The notes under the pieces were generated by a model. It ran no database searches, was not told where the DNA came from, and worked only from the letters and a program-made list of their open reading frames with translations. This document shows positions 28,449 to 38,648 of a DNA stretch of 64,000 nucleotides, piece after piece (positions within the stretch are counted from its first letter, which is position 1; each line of letters begins with the position of its first letter). A program made the translations under genes and the position numbers. Source of the DNA: a virus; the IMG/VR virus record IMGVR_UViG_3300020198_000887, positions 32,001-96,000 of that record, one strand, 5' to 3'.

Positions 28449-28624
28449 AACCAACCGTCATACTATCAGAAAGCTGCATTGAAAATTACACCGGAACAAT
28501 TGCTGAATTAGATAATGTAAAAAAAATGTTAAGTAAACTGACCATTGATGATTTTGAAAATATAGCAACATCTATTACATTTAATGCAGATAATTTTGAT
28601 AAAATATTTGAGATTCAGCTATGA
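28445..28624 (+). CDS. Small hypothetical protein (59 aa, absent from the ORF track)
   Basis: ATGA overlaps at both ends. Confidence 0.5.
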   Translation: MKPTVILSESCIENYTGTIAELDNVKKMLSKLTIDDFENIATSITFNADNFDKIFEIQL

Positions 28625-28794
28625 GCTTATCAAGACAAGAAATTAAAGATAAAATCTGCATGGTCGAAACTGACTTGGAAAATTTGCGCAACAACTCATC
28701 AAGTGATAAAAAACTTTCTATCTTATCTGAATACCGTGATTATTTAAAAGATGAACTTAAATTACTTGATCAATCCCAGCAGGACACCCAATGA
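28621..28794 (+). CDS. Small hypothetical coiled-coil protein (57 aa, absent from the ORF track)
   Basis: ATGA overlaps at both ends; MSLSRQEIKDKI... Confidence 0.55.
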   Translation: MSLSRQEIKDKICMVETDLENLRNNSSSDKKLSILSEYRDYLKDELKLLDQSQQDTQ

Positions 28795-29258
28795 CTAAAT
28801 TAACAGCAGAAATACCAGCTGCTGGTATAATGAAAACGAATGACTTTGGTGATTCAATCTATTATGCGGTCGCATGTCAATGTGGAAATCCAGATGATAT
28901 GATTAGGTTTTCTGTTGAACTCGAAGTGGATTCATATGAGATCACTCTTAATACTGAATTCACAACGAAATCTTCCTACTGGAAGACCCCATTTAAAGAA
29001 ACCAGTAATTTTAACAATAGTACATTGTGGTCCATTGATTATTGCACTAGACGATTTTTAAATAGCATATACCATCGAGTTATTACTTCTTGGGAAGTTT
29101 GGGTCTATGGCTATATCACTCATTACGAATCAACTATAATGAGTGAACAGCAAGCACTGAATTATGCAAATACCATAATGCAATCAATTGAAAATTTAAA
29201 CCAATTAAAAAGTAAAAATAAAGAAAAATATGAAACTGACGCGCAAGATGGGTGCTAA
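28791..29258 (+). CDS. Hypothetical protein
   Basis: 155 aa with a CQCG motif. Confidence 0.6.
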   Translation: MTKLTAEIPAAGIMKTNDFGDSIYYAVACQCGNPDDMIRFSVELEVDSYEITLNTEFTTKSSYWKTPFKETSNFNNSTLWSIDYCTRRFLNSIYHRVITSWEVWVYGYITHYESTIMSEQQALNYANTIMQSIENLNQLKSKNKEKYETDAQDGC

Positions 29259-29403
29259 TGGATATTTTAATTAGAATTATTGAACTGTGTGTAGGATTAT
29301 TTGTATATTTGGGGGGTCGGTTGCCTCGTAATTATAGTATGTTCTAAAAATGCATTGTCTAAGTGTGACCAATGTAAAACTCGATGTGAATGTGAGAAAA
29401 ATA

Positions 29404-29859
29404 ATGATTAAGAAATTTTTTAAAGATATTATTGGTATTACCAATAAAGAAGCCAAGAAAAGAGAAGCAGAGATGGTCAAAGAACAATTGGCTGTTAAAA
29501 AACAAAAACGAAAAGAAGCCGCTGAAAAACGAAAAGACAAAAAGGAAAGTAGTAATTTATCGCCAAAGGAAATTGCAACTAAACGAAAAGAACCTTGGGT
29601 TGATGTTATTGGCTTCAAAGTAAATCAACACAATATTAGAAATGGTTTTTATGAACTAGATTGGAATGAATTCTTCATTGCTGAACTTAAAAAAGAAGGA
29701 TACGGGTACAATGGTGACCCAGATGAAGAAATTGTAGATAGATGGTTCAGAGATATTTGTATCAACGCGGCTGCTGAAGAAGGTATCGACATGAATGATA
29801 GAACAGCTGGATATATAAATGTTACTAAACTCACCGGTGGAAAAGCCGAGGTAAAATAA
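29404..29859 (+). CDS. Hypothetical protein
   Basis: EPWVDV...NGFYELDWNEFF...VDRWF; coupled to the RNase H gene. Confidence 0.7.
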   Translation: MIKKFFKDIIGITNKEAKKREAEMVKEQLAVKKQKRKEAAEKRKDKKESSNLSPKEIATKRKEPWVDVIGFKVNQHNIRNGFYELDWNEFFIAELKKEGYGYNGDPDEEIVDRWFRDICINAAAEEGIDMNDRTAGYINVTKLTGGKAEVK

Positions 29860-30845
29860 TGACTTATATAATAATTGACTTGTCAAATTTGTTTCACCGT
29901 GCTAAACATGCGATCCAAGGCAGTGCTGAATTAAAACTTGGAATGTCTTTGCATATTACACTTAATGCAATCCGTAAATGTTGGCAAGATTTCAATGGAA
30001 ACCACGTAGTGGTGTGTTTGGAAGGACGGAGCTGGCGAAAAGATTTTTATGACCCATACAAACGAAACCGGGACGTATTAAGAGCAGCAATGACCGTAAA
30101 AGAGAAAGAAGAAGAAGAATTGTTCTGGGAAGCATATGCCCAATTTAACTCATTTCTGATTGAAAAAACTAATTGTACCGTCTTACAACACCCATTACTA
30201 GAGGCAGATGATTTAATTGCTGGCTTCATTCAACAACACCCTACATCAACCCACGTTATCATTAGTACTGATAGTGATTTTCAACAATTAATTAGTGAAA
30301 ATGTCAGTCAATACAACGGTGTTGATGATATTCATATAACTAATATTGGGTATTTTGATGCAAAAGGAAAGCCAATTAACGATAAAAAGACTGGTAAAAT
30401 AAAAATGCCAATTAATCCAGAATGGATGCTTTTTGAAAAATGCATACGCGGTGATAAAAGTGATAATGTGTTTTCCGCATATCCAGGTGTTCGAACAAAA
30501 GGCACAAAAACCAAGGTTGGATTAACCGAAGCATTTGCTGACAAACATAATAAAGGGTATGCGTGGAATAACTTAATGTTGCAACGATGGGTTGACCACA
30601 ATGACGACGAACATCGAGTTTTAGATGATTATGAAAGAAATAGACGATTAATTGATTTATCATACCAACCAGATGAGATAAAAGAAATAATCAAAGAAAC
30701 AATTAACACGAATGCTATACCAAAAGATATTTCACAAGTTGGTATTCGTATGTTAAAATTTTGTCAATCGTTTGATATGAAACGAATGATGGATAACATT
30801 CAGCAATTCGCTGAACCGTTACAAGCAAAATATACAGGGGAATAA
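29859..30845 (+). CDS. rnh: RNase H / 5'-3' flap exonuclease (T4 rnh-like)
   Basis: IID..N, SWRK..Y..YK.NR, EADD, STDSDF.QL, GDKSDN. Confidence 0.9.
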   Translation: MTYIIIDLSNLFHRAKHAIQGSAELKLGMSLHITLNAIRKCWQDFNGNHVVVCLEGRSWRKDFYDPYKRNRDVLRAAMTVKEKEEEELFWEAYAQFNSFLIEKTNCTVLQHPLLEADDLIAGFIQQHPTSTHVIISTDSDFQQLISENVSQYNGVDDIHITNIGYFDAKGKPINDKKTGKIKMPINPEWMLFEKCIRGDKSDNVFSAYPGVRTKGTKTKVGLTEAFADKHNKGYAWNNLMLQRWVDHNDDEHRVLDDYERNRRLIDLSYQPDEIKEIIKETINTNAIPKDISQVGIRMLKFCQSFDMKRMMDNIQQFAEPLQAKYTGE

Positions 30846-30847
30846 CA

Positions 30848-31045
30848 ATGAAAATAACAGTACCAAGTGACAAATTGACAAAAGTAGAAGAATCATTAAC
30901 ATTATACAAATATGATAATGGATACATGATTGAAGTAAGCGGTCGGGACGCGGATGATGAATGGGTAGTATCCAAAATTATCGTGTCTTCATTGGATGAA
31001 GTATTTGAAATCATCAAAAATGTAGATTCATTACCACGATCTTAA
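30848..31045 (+). CDS. Hypothetical protein
   Basis: 65 aa; YDNGYMIEVSGRD. Confidence 0.6.
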   Translation: MKITVPSDKLTKVEESLTLYKYDNGYMIEVSGRDADDEWVVSKIIVSSLDEVFEIIKNVDSLPRS

Positions 31046-31046
31046 T

Positions 31047-31649
31047 ATGACATCCCTATTAACATCACGAACATACAAAATTGAAATTAGCGGCAATGGC
31101 GGTGAAATTGTTGTAGGCAAGGTTAATCGGGCAGCATACGATTATCTTGACAAATATGAAATTGACATCACTGAGATGGTTGATGACGCCCATAATGAGT
31201 TAGAAATCCCAGCAGAATATTTGATTATCAAGAATGGTGTATGGGAAGAATGTGATAATATTGCACATGAAAATGGCGCAACAATGGATGCGTTAAGTAC
31301 CATCACAGTTTACGATGAAATGGGTGATAAAGTGTGGACTGCGCCGTTGGACATTGACTACTTAACAACCAATAACATTGAATGTGAAAAAATAGCAGAA
31401 CAGTATATTCATGGCCTCATTGATTTAGACGCTGTTTTCAAAGGGCAGTCAACTGAAAAAGGTTTATTTTTTGGTGGTACGTTTACTTCATTAAGTGAAT
31501 TTATCCCATCACAATTAAAATTTGAATACAGTAATATTGACGGATGGGTAATATTCGCAAGTATTCAATATGATGGTGATTATGTTGATAATTACGAATA
31601 TGATACTAAGATAACTGATATGTTTTTTGACCTTATTTTAATAAAATAA
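31047..31649 (+). CDS. Hypothetical acidic protein
   Basis: 200 aa; G.GGE and EKG.FF motifs. Confidence 0.6.
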   Translation: MTSLLTSRTYKIEISGNGGEIVVGKVNRAAYDYLDKYEIDITEMVDDAHNELEIPAEYLIIKNGVWEECDNIAHENGATMDALSTITVYDEMGDKVWTAPLDIDYLTTNNIECEKIAEQYIHGLIDLDAVFKGQSTEKGLFFGGTFTSLSEFIPSQLKFEYSNIDGWVIFASIQYDGDYVDNYEYDTKITDMFFDLILIK

Positions 31650-31655
31650 TATTAC

Positions 31656-31684
31656 TTGACACATTGTACAATGTGTGTTACAAT
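31656..31684 (+). promoter_or_regulatory. Sigma70-like promoter with an 18-bp palindrome
   Basis: TTGACA-17-TACAAT; ACACATTGTACAATGTGT at 31659-31676. Confidence 0.7.
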
Positions 31685-31733
31685 ATCCTTGTTTTTTAAA
31701 TAATACTTATTTCAACTTTATAGGAAATTTAAT

Positions 31734-32222
31734 ATGACCGATATCATTACAAATGAAATTGCATCTGGTACACGAGATAAAAAACCTGGACATAAACATC
31801 AATTATCAACTGTTCCGTCTTTTCTTGATAAATTAAATATCAGAGGAAAATACGAAAATCATAAATTAGCAAAAGCATGGGCTTGGCGAAACTATGACCA
31901 CGGGGAAGTATTTGCCAATTCATTAGAAGTTGAAAATATTACATTTAATCAAAATATTTTTATTGAAGATACGACAGACCTTTATGCAAAACTTATCCGA
32001 ATTGGATTTGTCGAGCAAACTGGGTTTCCCGATGAACATCTTTTTAAAAGTTTTTCGCGTGCTATGTATCATAAAAAGCATAATATTACAATTACATTGT
32101 ATCAATCAAAATATAAAAATGCGATTGATGTTGCATATAAAATTATGATGAAAACTGAAACAACTGGAGATACGGCAATGGCAATTTTTGTATCTGCAAT
32201 TGCCGTATTAATAGCCAACTAA
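31734..32222 (+). CDS. Hypothetical protein
   Basis: 162 aa ORF with RBS. Confidence 0.55.
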   Translation: MTDIITNEIASGTRDKKPGHKHQLSTVPSFLDKLNIRGKYENHKLAKAWAWRNYDHGEVFANSLEVENITFNQNIFIEDTTDLYAKLIRIGFVEQTGFPDEHLFKSFSRAMYHKKHNITITLYQSKYKNAIDVAYKIMMKTETTGDTAMAIFVSAIAVLIAN

Positions 32223-32238
32223 TTTAAAGGTATAACCA

Positions 32239-32457
32239 ATGGAATGGTTTAAAAATATACCTAAAGATGGTATTTTATGTAAATGCAAATCTAACAAATA
32301 TAGCGAACAATATAAAATCGACGTAATTACTAGATATAATGAACACCAGTTGTCTGACTATAAATTTAGAAATAATGTCAAGCATTACCAAGATGCAATC
32401 CCAGTATCGTTGACTGAAGTTATGAATATGATTTATTTGGAGAGTTTACATGAGTGA
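32239..32457 (+). CDS. Hypothetical protein
   Basis: 72 aa ORF in the operon. Confidence 0.5.
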   Translation: MEWFKNIPKDGILCKCKSNKYSEQYKIDVITRYNEHQLSDYKFRNNVKHYQDAIPVSLTEVMNMIYLESLHE

Positions 32458-32920
32458 AATTTATGCTAAACCTATCGTCACTGATAAATTATGGATCATA
32501 GAAAAAAATGGCGAGAAAGTTGGCACCCTTCAAAAACAAGAAAACAATAAATTCATGTTTTGCAATCACGGTGCCAGTGTATGGTTTAGTAAGCAAGATG
32601 AACTTAATCAATTCTTTGGAAATGATTTTTTTCTGTTCAACGATAAATTAAATATTAAACCATCTACCATATATGAATGCAATGGATTTTTAACAAAATC
32701 CATTGCATATAATGCAATGTATGATATACGAAAAAAACTCTCATTGTATACAAAACAGCCACATAGTACGTGTTTTCATTGTGCTGGGTGGTTCCTGGTC
32801 AAATTTAAAAATTGGGTTATTTTAGATTGTCCAAAACTAGTCACCGTTGAAAAATACGAAAGTCATGGGCCATTTTATTCAAAAAAAGACGCGAGTAACT
32901 TTAAATGCACCATCAAATAA
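32450..32920 (+). CDS. Hypothetical protein
   Basis: AKPIV..KLWI...CAGWF...CPKL...GPF. Confidence 0.65.
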   Translation: MSEIYAKPIVTDKLWIIEKNGEKVGTLQKQENNKFMFCNHGASVWFSKQDELNQFFGNDFFLFNDKLNIKPSTIYECNGFLTKSIAYNAMYDIRKKLSLYTKQPHSTCFHCAGWFLVKFKNWVILDCPKLVTVEKYESHGPFYSKKDASNFKCTIK

Positions 32921-33153
32921 ATCTTTCACCAGTAACACAGTTTATACAACTACTGCGAGCCGCAGAACTTGGTCAACAAAAAGAAGTTAAATTGTCAATA
33001 CAACAGGCAAGGTTATTAAATCTAGCATTAACCGAAATGCTAGATAAAATAAATAAAGATTTTGAAACAATGCTGAACGAGTTTAAAAAATCATCAGACA
33101 CCGAAGTTATTTCTGTATCAATGGATGGTGGTGAATTCGGGGACAGCAAATAA
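32905..33153 (+). CDS. Hypothetical protein
   Basis: 82 aa; ends with VSMDGGEF. Confidence 0.6.
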   Translation: MHHQINLSPVTQFIQLLRAAELGQQKEVKLSIQQARLLNLALTEMLDKINKDFETMLNEFKKSSDTEVISVSMDGGEFGDSK

Positions 33154-33182
33154 GCTAAATACATGTAGTTAATGGAGATTGT

Positions 33183-33467
33183 ATGGCCAGACCAAAACCA
33201 CATGTATTATTAGAAAGTATTAATAAAAAATCATACAACATTGTCCAAGTATTAGCGGCAGATGCAATTTGGGCAGTTTTTTACAAAAATGAAGCATTTA
33301 ATTTAAAAAGTTTCAATACGTTAGTAAGTCGTCCGGGTCCAAAATATAAAAAAACAAGTTTTTCAAACCCAGGTCATGCATACAACTTGGCTGAAAAATT
33401 GAATCACCAATTCAAGTGCAACGATTTTACGGTTGTAAAACTTATGGCTGGTACTGTAATGCGATGA
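33183..33467 (+). CDS. Hypothetical protein
   Basis: CTAAATA plus GGAG; GPKYKKTSFSNPGHA.NLA.KLN. Confidence 0.7.
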   Translation: MARPKPHVLLESINKKSYNIVQVLAADAIWAVFYKNEAFNLKSFNTLVSRPGPKYKKTSFSNPGHAYNLAEKLNHQFKCNDFTVVKLMAGTVMR

Positions 33468-33844
33468 TCGAACGGGACACATTAACAAAAATATTTTTAA
33501 CGCAATGGAACGTTAGTACTGATGATGTCAATGTTCGGTTTTACTCCAGAAAATGGTGGGTTACTAATCGTGCAACCTCATATAGATTAACCAATGATGG
33601 TCATGAGTTTTTAACAAAAATACTCGAGGTCAAAGCATATACCATCCCATTTACAGAAAGTATTGACAAGAGTCCACAAACGTTGGTATACTTATCTCGA
33701 TTTATTGATTCACCGTTTTATTTAACAAATCAAAGTATTACGGTTTTTTCTGAAATGAAGAGTTTTGAATTACATTTATTTTCTGATGACATTAGAAAAT
33801 ATGGTATGATAAAAGCTCTTAATGCTAGAAATAAAAATAATTGA
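33464..33844 (+). CDS. Hypothetical protein (possible winged-helix)
   Basis: ATGA overlap; YRLTNDG motif. Confidence 0.6.
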   Translation: MIERDTLTKIFLTQWNVSTDDVNVRFYSRKWWVTNRATSYRLTNDGHEFLTKILEVKAYTIPFTESIDKSPQTLVYLSRFIDSPFYLTNQSITVFSEMKSFELHLFSDDIRKYGMIKALNARNKNN

Positions 33845-33869
33845 CAGTCACACAAAAACTATATATAAT
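33841..33869 (+). promoter_or_regulatory. Sigma70 consensus promoter
   Basis: TTGACA-17-TATAAT. Confidence 0.85.
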
Positions 33870-33916
33870 ATACCCGTAATTAACCATTTTTACCACAATC
33901 AAACGAGAAATATACA

Positions 33917-34999
33917 ATGAGTGATATTCGTAAAGCAGGGCCAAACAGCGCAAAAAAAGCCATAATCAAGGCGTTGAAAGTAAAACAACCAATCTTTTTG
34001 TGGGGACCCCCTGGAATCGGTAAATCAGATCTTATTAAACAAATTGGCGATGAAGGGACCAATGATTTAGTAATCGACGTGCGTCTTTCATTGTGGGATC
34101 CTACTGATATCAAAGGTGTTCCGTTCTATGACGAATCATCTGGCACTATGAAATGGGCTCCACCCGCTGAATTACCGGGTATGAAAACAGCAGAACAATA
34201 TGAACGTATTATTTTATTCTTGGATGAAATGAATTCTGCATCACCTAGTGTGCAAGCGGCAGCATATCAACTAGTGCTGAATCGCAAAGTTGGTACCTAC
34301 ATCTTGCCAGATAATGTTGTTCTTGTTGCCGCTGGTAATCGTGATGGCGATAAAGGTGTTACATATCGCATGCCAGCACCACTGAAAAATCGGTTTATTC
34401 ACTTGGAAATGGAATCAAAATTTGATGACTGGTTTATTTGGGCAACCGAAAATAAAATTAACAAAGATGTTGTTGGATTCTTGAACTGGTCTAAGGGTGA
34501 TTTGTACAACTTTGATCCAAAATCAAGCTCTAATGCATTTGCAACACCACGTTCATGGTCGTTTGTTAGTAATTTGCTGACTGAAAATGATTGCGACGAC
34601 GAAACATTGATGAATTTGATGGCTGGTTCTGTTGGCGAAGGGACTGCATTGAAATTTGGTGCTTATCAAAAATTATCAGGAAAACTGCCTAACCCAAGTG
34701 ATATTTTAAAAGGCAAGGTTACTACACTAGATAATAAAGAAATCTCTGCAATGTATTCACTAACAGTTGGGTTGTGCTATGAATTAAAAGATGGTGCTGA
34801 CCGGAAAGATGCTGATTGGAACAAGCAAGTTAACTTCTTTTTCCAATTTATGATGGACAACTTTGAAACTGAATTGGTTATCATGGGTACAAAAATAGCA
34901 TTGACTACGTACAGACTTCCATTCGATGTTGACCAAATTAATTGCTTTATGGATTTTCATAAAAAATATGGGAAATACATTGCAGCAGCAACTTCATAA
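33917..34999 (+). CDS. MoxR-like AAA+ ATPase
   Basis: GPPGIGKS, LFLDEMN, AAGN, NRF, TPRSW. Confidence 0.9.
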   Translation: MSDIRKAGPNSAKKAIIKALKVKQPIFLWGPPGIGKSDLIKQIGDEGTNDLVIDVRLSLWDPTDIKGVPFYDESSGTMKWAPPAELPGMKTAEQYERIILFLDEMNSASPSVQAAAYQLVLNRKVGTYILPDNVVLVAAGNRDGDKGVTYRMPAPLKNRFIHLEMESKFDDWFIWATENKINKDVVGFLNWSKGDLYNFDPKSSSNAFATPRSWSFVSNLLTENDCDDETLMNLMAGSVGEGTALKFGAYQKLSGKLPNPSDILKGKVTTLDNKEISAMYSLTVGLCYELKDGADRKDADWNKQVNFFFQFMMDNFETELVIMGTKIALTTYRLPFDVDQINCFMDFHKKYGKYIAAATS

Positions 35000-35005
35000 T
35001 TGTGT

Positions 35006-35032
35006 GTTAGAACACGGAACCCGTGTTCTAAC
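35006..35032. terminator. 12-bp stem-loop after the ATPase gene
   Basis: GTTAGAACACGG-AAC-CCGTGTTCTAAC; no U tract, so possibly a processing or stability hairpin. Confidence 0.5.
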
Positions 35033-35148
35033 GTAATAAGAACCATCATGTATGGGAGTATACAGAAATGATGCTTCCATTTATCTTTCTATGTTGCCGC
35101 CGAATTAACATTTTGCTATAATATAGTTTTTACATACCAGGAAATAAA

Positions 35149-36348
35149 ATGTCAAACGACCCAGTATTAGATAAAGTCATTGATAACATTGTTATCGCTC
35201 GAGTTGGATTATTGTTAAAACATCCATTTTTTGGGAATTTGGCAACCCGATTAATTATCAAAGAAGGTGGTGAGTGGTGCAAAACTGCCGCCACTGAAGG
35301 AAGACATATTTTCTTTAATAAAGAATTTTTTGCACCACTTACTATTGCACAAATTCAATTTGTTCTGGCACATGAAATCCTCCATAATGCATTTGACCAC
35401 ATGGGGAGACGCGAATCCCGTATACCAAAAATCTTCAATTGGGCAGCAGATTATTGTGTAAACGGGCAAATCATTCGTGATAATATTGGTGACTACCAAA
35501 TACCGGGTATTAATATATTGCATGACACACAATATTATGGAATGGGTGCTGAAGAAATATATGACATTTTAAAAGAGCATAATGATGACATGCTTGATCA
35601 ATTAGGGGACTTGTTAGACCAACACTTTGATTGGGAGTCCAGTACTGATGATCCCGATGATGGTCGGCCACGGTATTCACAAGAAGAACTGCGGAGCATC
35701 AGGGATGAAGTCCGCGAAGCCGTAATGACCGCAGCACAAGCTGCGGGTGCTGGAAATACCCCAGGGTTAGTCCAACGATTAATTCAGGCATTAACAGAAC
35801 CAAAAATGAATTGGCGTGAAATTCTCCAACAACAAATCCAAAGTACTATCAAAGACGATTTTAGTTGGATGAAACCAAACAAAAAATCTTGGCATTTATC
35901 GGCTGTCCTCCCAGGGCAAAATCTGTTAGATACCATTGATATTGTTGTCGCAATAGATATGTCTGGTTCTATCGGTGATGCTCAAGCAAAAGACTTTTTA
36001 AGTGAAATTAAAGGTATTATGCAACAATATCAAAATTTCAATATCAAAGTATTCTGTTTTGATACCCAAGTATACAACGAAGCTGACTACGATGGATTTA
36101 ACATCGACGACTTTGACCAATACCAACCGATGGGGGGTGGTGGCACCAATTTCGATGTTAACTGGGGGTATATGAAAGAACACGACATCGTTCCTAAATT
36201 ATTCGTTATGTTCACTGATATGTATCCATGTGGTTCATGGGGTGATGAAAATTATTGTCCAACTTTGTTTGTGGCACATGGTACTACCACCATAGAAGCA
36301 CCGTTTGGCACTACTGTATATTACGAATTTTCAGATTCAGTTGTATAA
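35149..36348 (+). CDS. Metallopeptidase-VWA protein (DUF2201-like), MoxR partner
   Basis: TAAT.G, HEILH (HExxH), DMSGS MIDAS, GGGT.F, FTD; upstream TTGCCG-17-TATAAT promoter. Confidence 0.88.
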   Translation: MSNDPVLDKVIDNIVIARVGLLLKHPFFGNLATRLIIKEGGEWCKTAATEGRHIFFNKEFFAPLTIAQIQFVLAHEILHNAFDHMGRRESRIPKIFNWAADYCVNGQIIRDNIGDYQIPGINILHDTQYYGMGAEEIYDILKEHNDDMLDQLGDLLDQHFDWESSTDDPDDGRPRYSQEELRSIRDEVREAVMTAAQAAGAGNTPGLVQRLIQALTEPKMNWREILQQQIQSTIKDDFSWMKPNKKSWHLSAVLPGQNLLDTIDIVVAIDMSGSIGDAQAKDFLSEIKGIMQQYQNFNIKVFCFDTQVYNEADYDGFNIDDFDQYQPMGGGGTNFDVNWGYMKEHDIVPKLFVMFTDMYPCGSWGDENYCPTLFVAHGTTTIEAPFGTTVYYEFSDSVV

Positions 36349-36635
36349 TGGCGATTAAAAACGGTCACCCAAATCCATTAAATTTTTTTGAAATGCGGAG
36401 AGTGAATTTTGCACCACCGCATTTCAATTATTTTATTATTAACAAATATAACCCATCACAAATTATTCTGTTAAATGAATGGATTTATTATAATTTAAAT
36501 GGGCGATATTATATCGGTCAAGGAATAATGCTTGACAATACAAATACCATCGTGTATAATACACGTATTGGATTTGAAAGTGAAAAAGAAATTACCTTTT
36601 TCACAATTGCTTGTCCTCATTTAAATATGAGATAA
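36348..36635 (+). CDS. Hypothetical protein
   Basis: TAATG coupling; NPLNFF..RRV...PPHF...GRYY...GFE. Confidence 0.65.
   Translation: MAIKNGHPNPLNFFEMRRVNFAPPHFNYFIINKYNPSQIILLNEWIYYNLNGRYYIGQGIMLDNTNTIVYNTRIGFESEKEITFFTIACPHLNMR
36532..36560 (+). promoter_or_regulatory. Intragenic sigma70 consensus promoter
   Basis: TTGACA-17-TATAAT inside the coding sequence, upstream of the four-gene block ending in thyX. Confidence 0.7.
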
Positions 36636-36670
36636 GTAATAATATAATTTAACGTTATAAGGAGATAACA

Positions 36671-36895
36671 ATGTCAGATACACAAGAAAATACAACACAA
36701 GAGCAAGTTCAACAAGAATCAGCAGACCTTACGATCAATGATTTAAATTCATTAAAAACTATTATTGATATTTCTAGTACACGTGGTGCATTCAAAGCAA
36801 ATGAATTGGAAGCAGTGGGTAAAGTTTATAACAAATTGTCAACCTTCCTAGAGCAAGTTGCTAAACAAGCAGAAGCCAATGCTGGAGCAAACTAA
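36671..36895 (+). CDS. Hypothetical protein
   Basis: Strong RBS; IIDISSTRGAFKANEL..VG..YNKL..FL. Confidence 0.7.
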   Translation: MSDTQENTTQEQVQQESADLTINDLNSLKTIIDISSTRGAFKANELEAVGKVYNKLSTFLEQVAKQAEANAGAN

Positions 36896-37527
36896 TGAAC
36901 GCATTAAAACACGTTGGTCGGGTAATTGGTACCGGTAAACGGTGCCTTGTCGCGTATCGTACACTTCCGGGGGATGCGTATAGTTGCTTAATCATACCAA
37001 CTGAAAGCCTACCTGATAGCTATCATGATGCGATAATCAACCTGGTCGAAAGCAATGCTGGACAAACTGCACATGAATTTGCAGAAGCACTGGACCGCAC
37101 CCAATTCCCAGATGGGAGTCGAATGCTTCCTGCGCTACATGCGCAAGGCAGGCTAATTAAAATGTTGACAAACCAAATAGAAATGGTTCCAACCAACGCG
37201 ACTGCTATTTTATTAGCAGAACTAAATCAAATTATTGCTGATAATATGGGTATACCAGTTGATGAACTTTCTATCAAATCTGATACAAACAACAACTCGG
37301 AAACACCAGAACAATCCGTTGATAAAGACCCTACCGTCCAAGTAGATTCCCCAAATGTGGACAACTCCAACACTACAACGGCAAGTGTAGACCCGGTTAT
37401 GGACCCCACCGGTGCGGCAAAATTTTATCGCTCACAAGCTGATAAATTAGCGAAAGAAGCAGCCCAATTTAGAAGACTGGCGGAAGAACTGGTACCTACT
37501 GTTAAAAAATCAAAAGCATCAGTATGA
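36895..37527 (+). CDS. Hypothetical protein
   Basis: 210 aa; KHVGR...YRTLPG; C-terminal coiled coil. Confidence 0.7.
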   Translation: MNALKHVGRVIGTGKRCLVAYRTLPGDAYSCLIIPTESLPDSYHDAIINLVESNAGQTAHEFAEALDRTQFPDGSRMLPALHAQGRLIKMLTNQIEMVPTNATAILLAELNQIIADNMGIPVDELSIKSDTNNNSETPEQSVDKDPTVQVDSPNVDNSNTTTASVDPVMDPTGAAKFYRSQADKLAKEAAQFRRLAEELVPTVKKSKASV

Positions 37528-37844
37528 AAAATTTCGGGATACAATTACCCGACGAAGTCATTGATGTATGGCCTGCAATTTTTGGCGAGGTAACGCTCAA
37601 TGTGTTACCCGTCAACTATGTAGATGCAGTAGTAATAACCTTCATAGACGGCAGGACTTGGGAAATAGAAATAGCATCGGAATATAATCGCGTCAAAATA
37701 AAAGCATTTCAAGAAGGATTAGCTGAAATTTTTTCATCATACAACGAATACATTGAAACGGTTGATGTAAAACTTGACACAACTAAAATAAGAAAAACCG
37801 TTGAAAAATCTATTAAACGGATGTTACAGAGAATAAAATTATGA
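37524..37844 (+). CDS. Hypothetical protein
   Basis: ATGA overlaps at both ends. Confidence 0.6.
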   Translation: MKNFGIQLPDEVIDVWPAIFGEVTLNVLPVNYVDAVVITFIDGRTWEIEIASEYNRVKIKAFQEGLAEIFSSYNEYIETVDVKLDTTKIRKTVEKSIKRMLQRIKL

Positions 37845-38563
37845 CAGTAAAACTAGTATCATATTCACAACCAACAGATGAATTTAAAACAGATGGAATT
37901 GTAAATGCGCAAGATTTAATTGCGTTCTGCGCTAGAGTCAGCAATCCAACAAATCAGTTCAATACAGAAACAAGTGAAAAATTAATAAAATACTTAATTA
38001 ACCATTCACACTGGTCACCGTTGGAAATGGTGAATGCATGCTTAGAAATAAACACAACACGTGATATTGCTAGACAAATATTGCGCCATCGAAGCTTTAG
38101 TTTCCAAGAATTTAGTCAACGGTATGCAGATCCAATACAAGAATTTAATTTTTTAACACGGGATGCTAGATTTCAAGATACCGCCAATAGACAAAACTCA
38201 ATTGAGTTGGATTTATCTAATCCTGAACATCGTGAACTATCCCAACTATGGGTTGAAAAACAACAAAATGTTATTAAAGCAGCGCACGATGCATATCAGT
38301 GGGCTATTTCAAATGACATTGCAAAAGAACAAGCAAGAGCTGTTCTTCCAGAAGGATTAACAGAGAGTCGGTTATATATGAATGGCACTATTCGTTCGTG
38401 GATCCATTTTATTCAAATTAGAACCGATATTACTACACAAAAAGAAAATAGGGAAATCGCATTAGCTTGCGCAAAAGCAATCGCCGCAATTTTTCCATTG
38501 ACTGAAGAGTTTGTGTATAAAAACCAGAACCCCCGCTCCCGCCTGCAAACACTATCAACATAG
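37841..38563 (+). CDS. thyX: Flavin-dependent thymidylate synthase
   Basis: HWSPLE, RQILRHRSFSFQEFSQRY, KEQARAVLP. Confidence 0.95.
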   Translation: MTVKLVSYSQPTDEFKTDGIVNAQDLIAFCARVSNPTNQFNTETSEKLIKYLINHSHWSPLEMVNACLEINTTRDIARQILRHRSFSFQEFSQRYADPIQEFNFLTRDARFQDTANRQNSIELDLSNPEHRELSQLWVEKQQNVIKAAHDAYQWAISNDIAKEQARAVLPEGLTESRLYMNGTIRSWIHFIQIRTDITTQKENREIALACAKAIAAIFPLTEEFVYKNQNPRSRLQTLST

Positions 38564-38617
38564 CAGTTGAAACACCAACTAAAAAATCTTTTTTAGTGTC
38601 TTCAAACGAAAATAATG

Positions 38618-38648
38618 AAAAATGGCAGGGATTGTCCCTGCCATTTTT
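38618..38648. terminator. Bidirectional terminator between convergent modules
   Basis: AAAAATGGCAGGGA-TTG-TCCCTGCCATTTTT. Confidence 0.85.
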
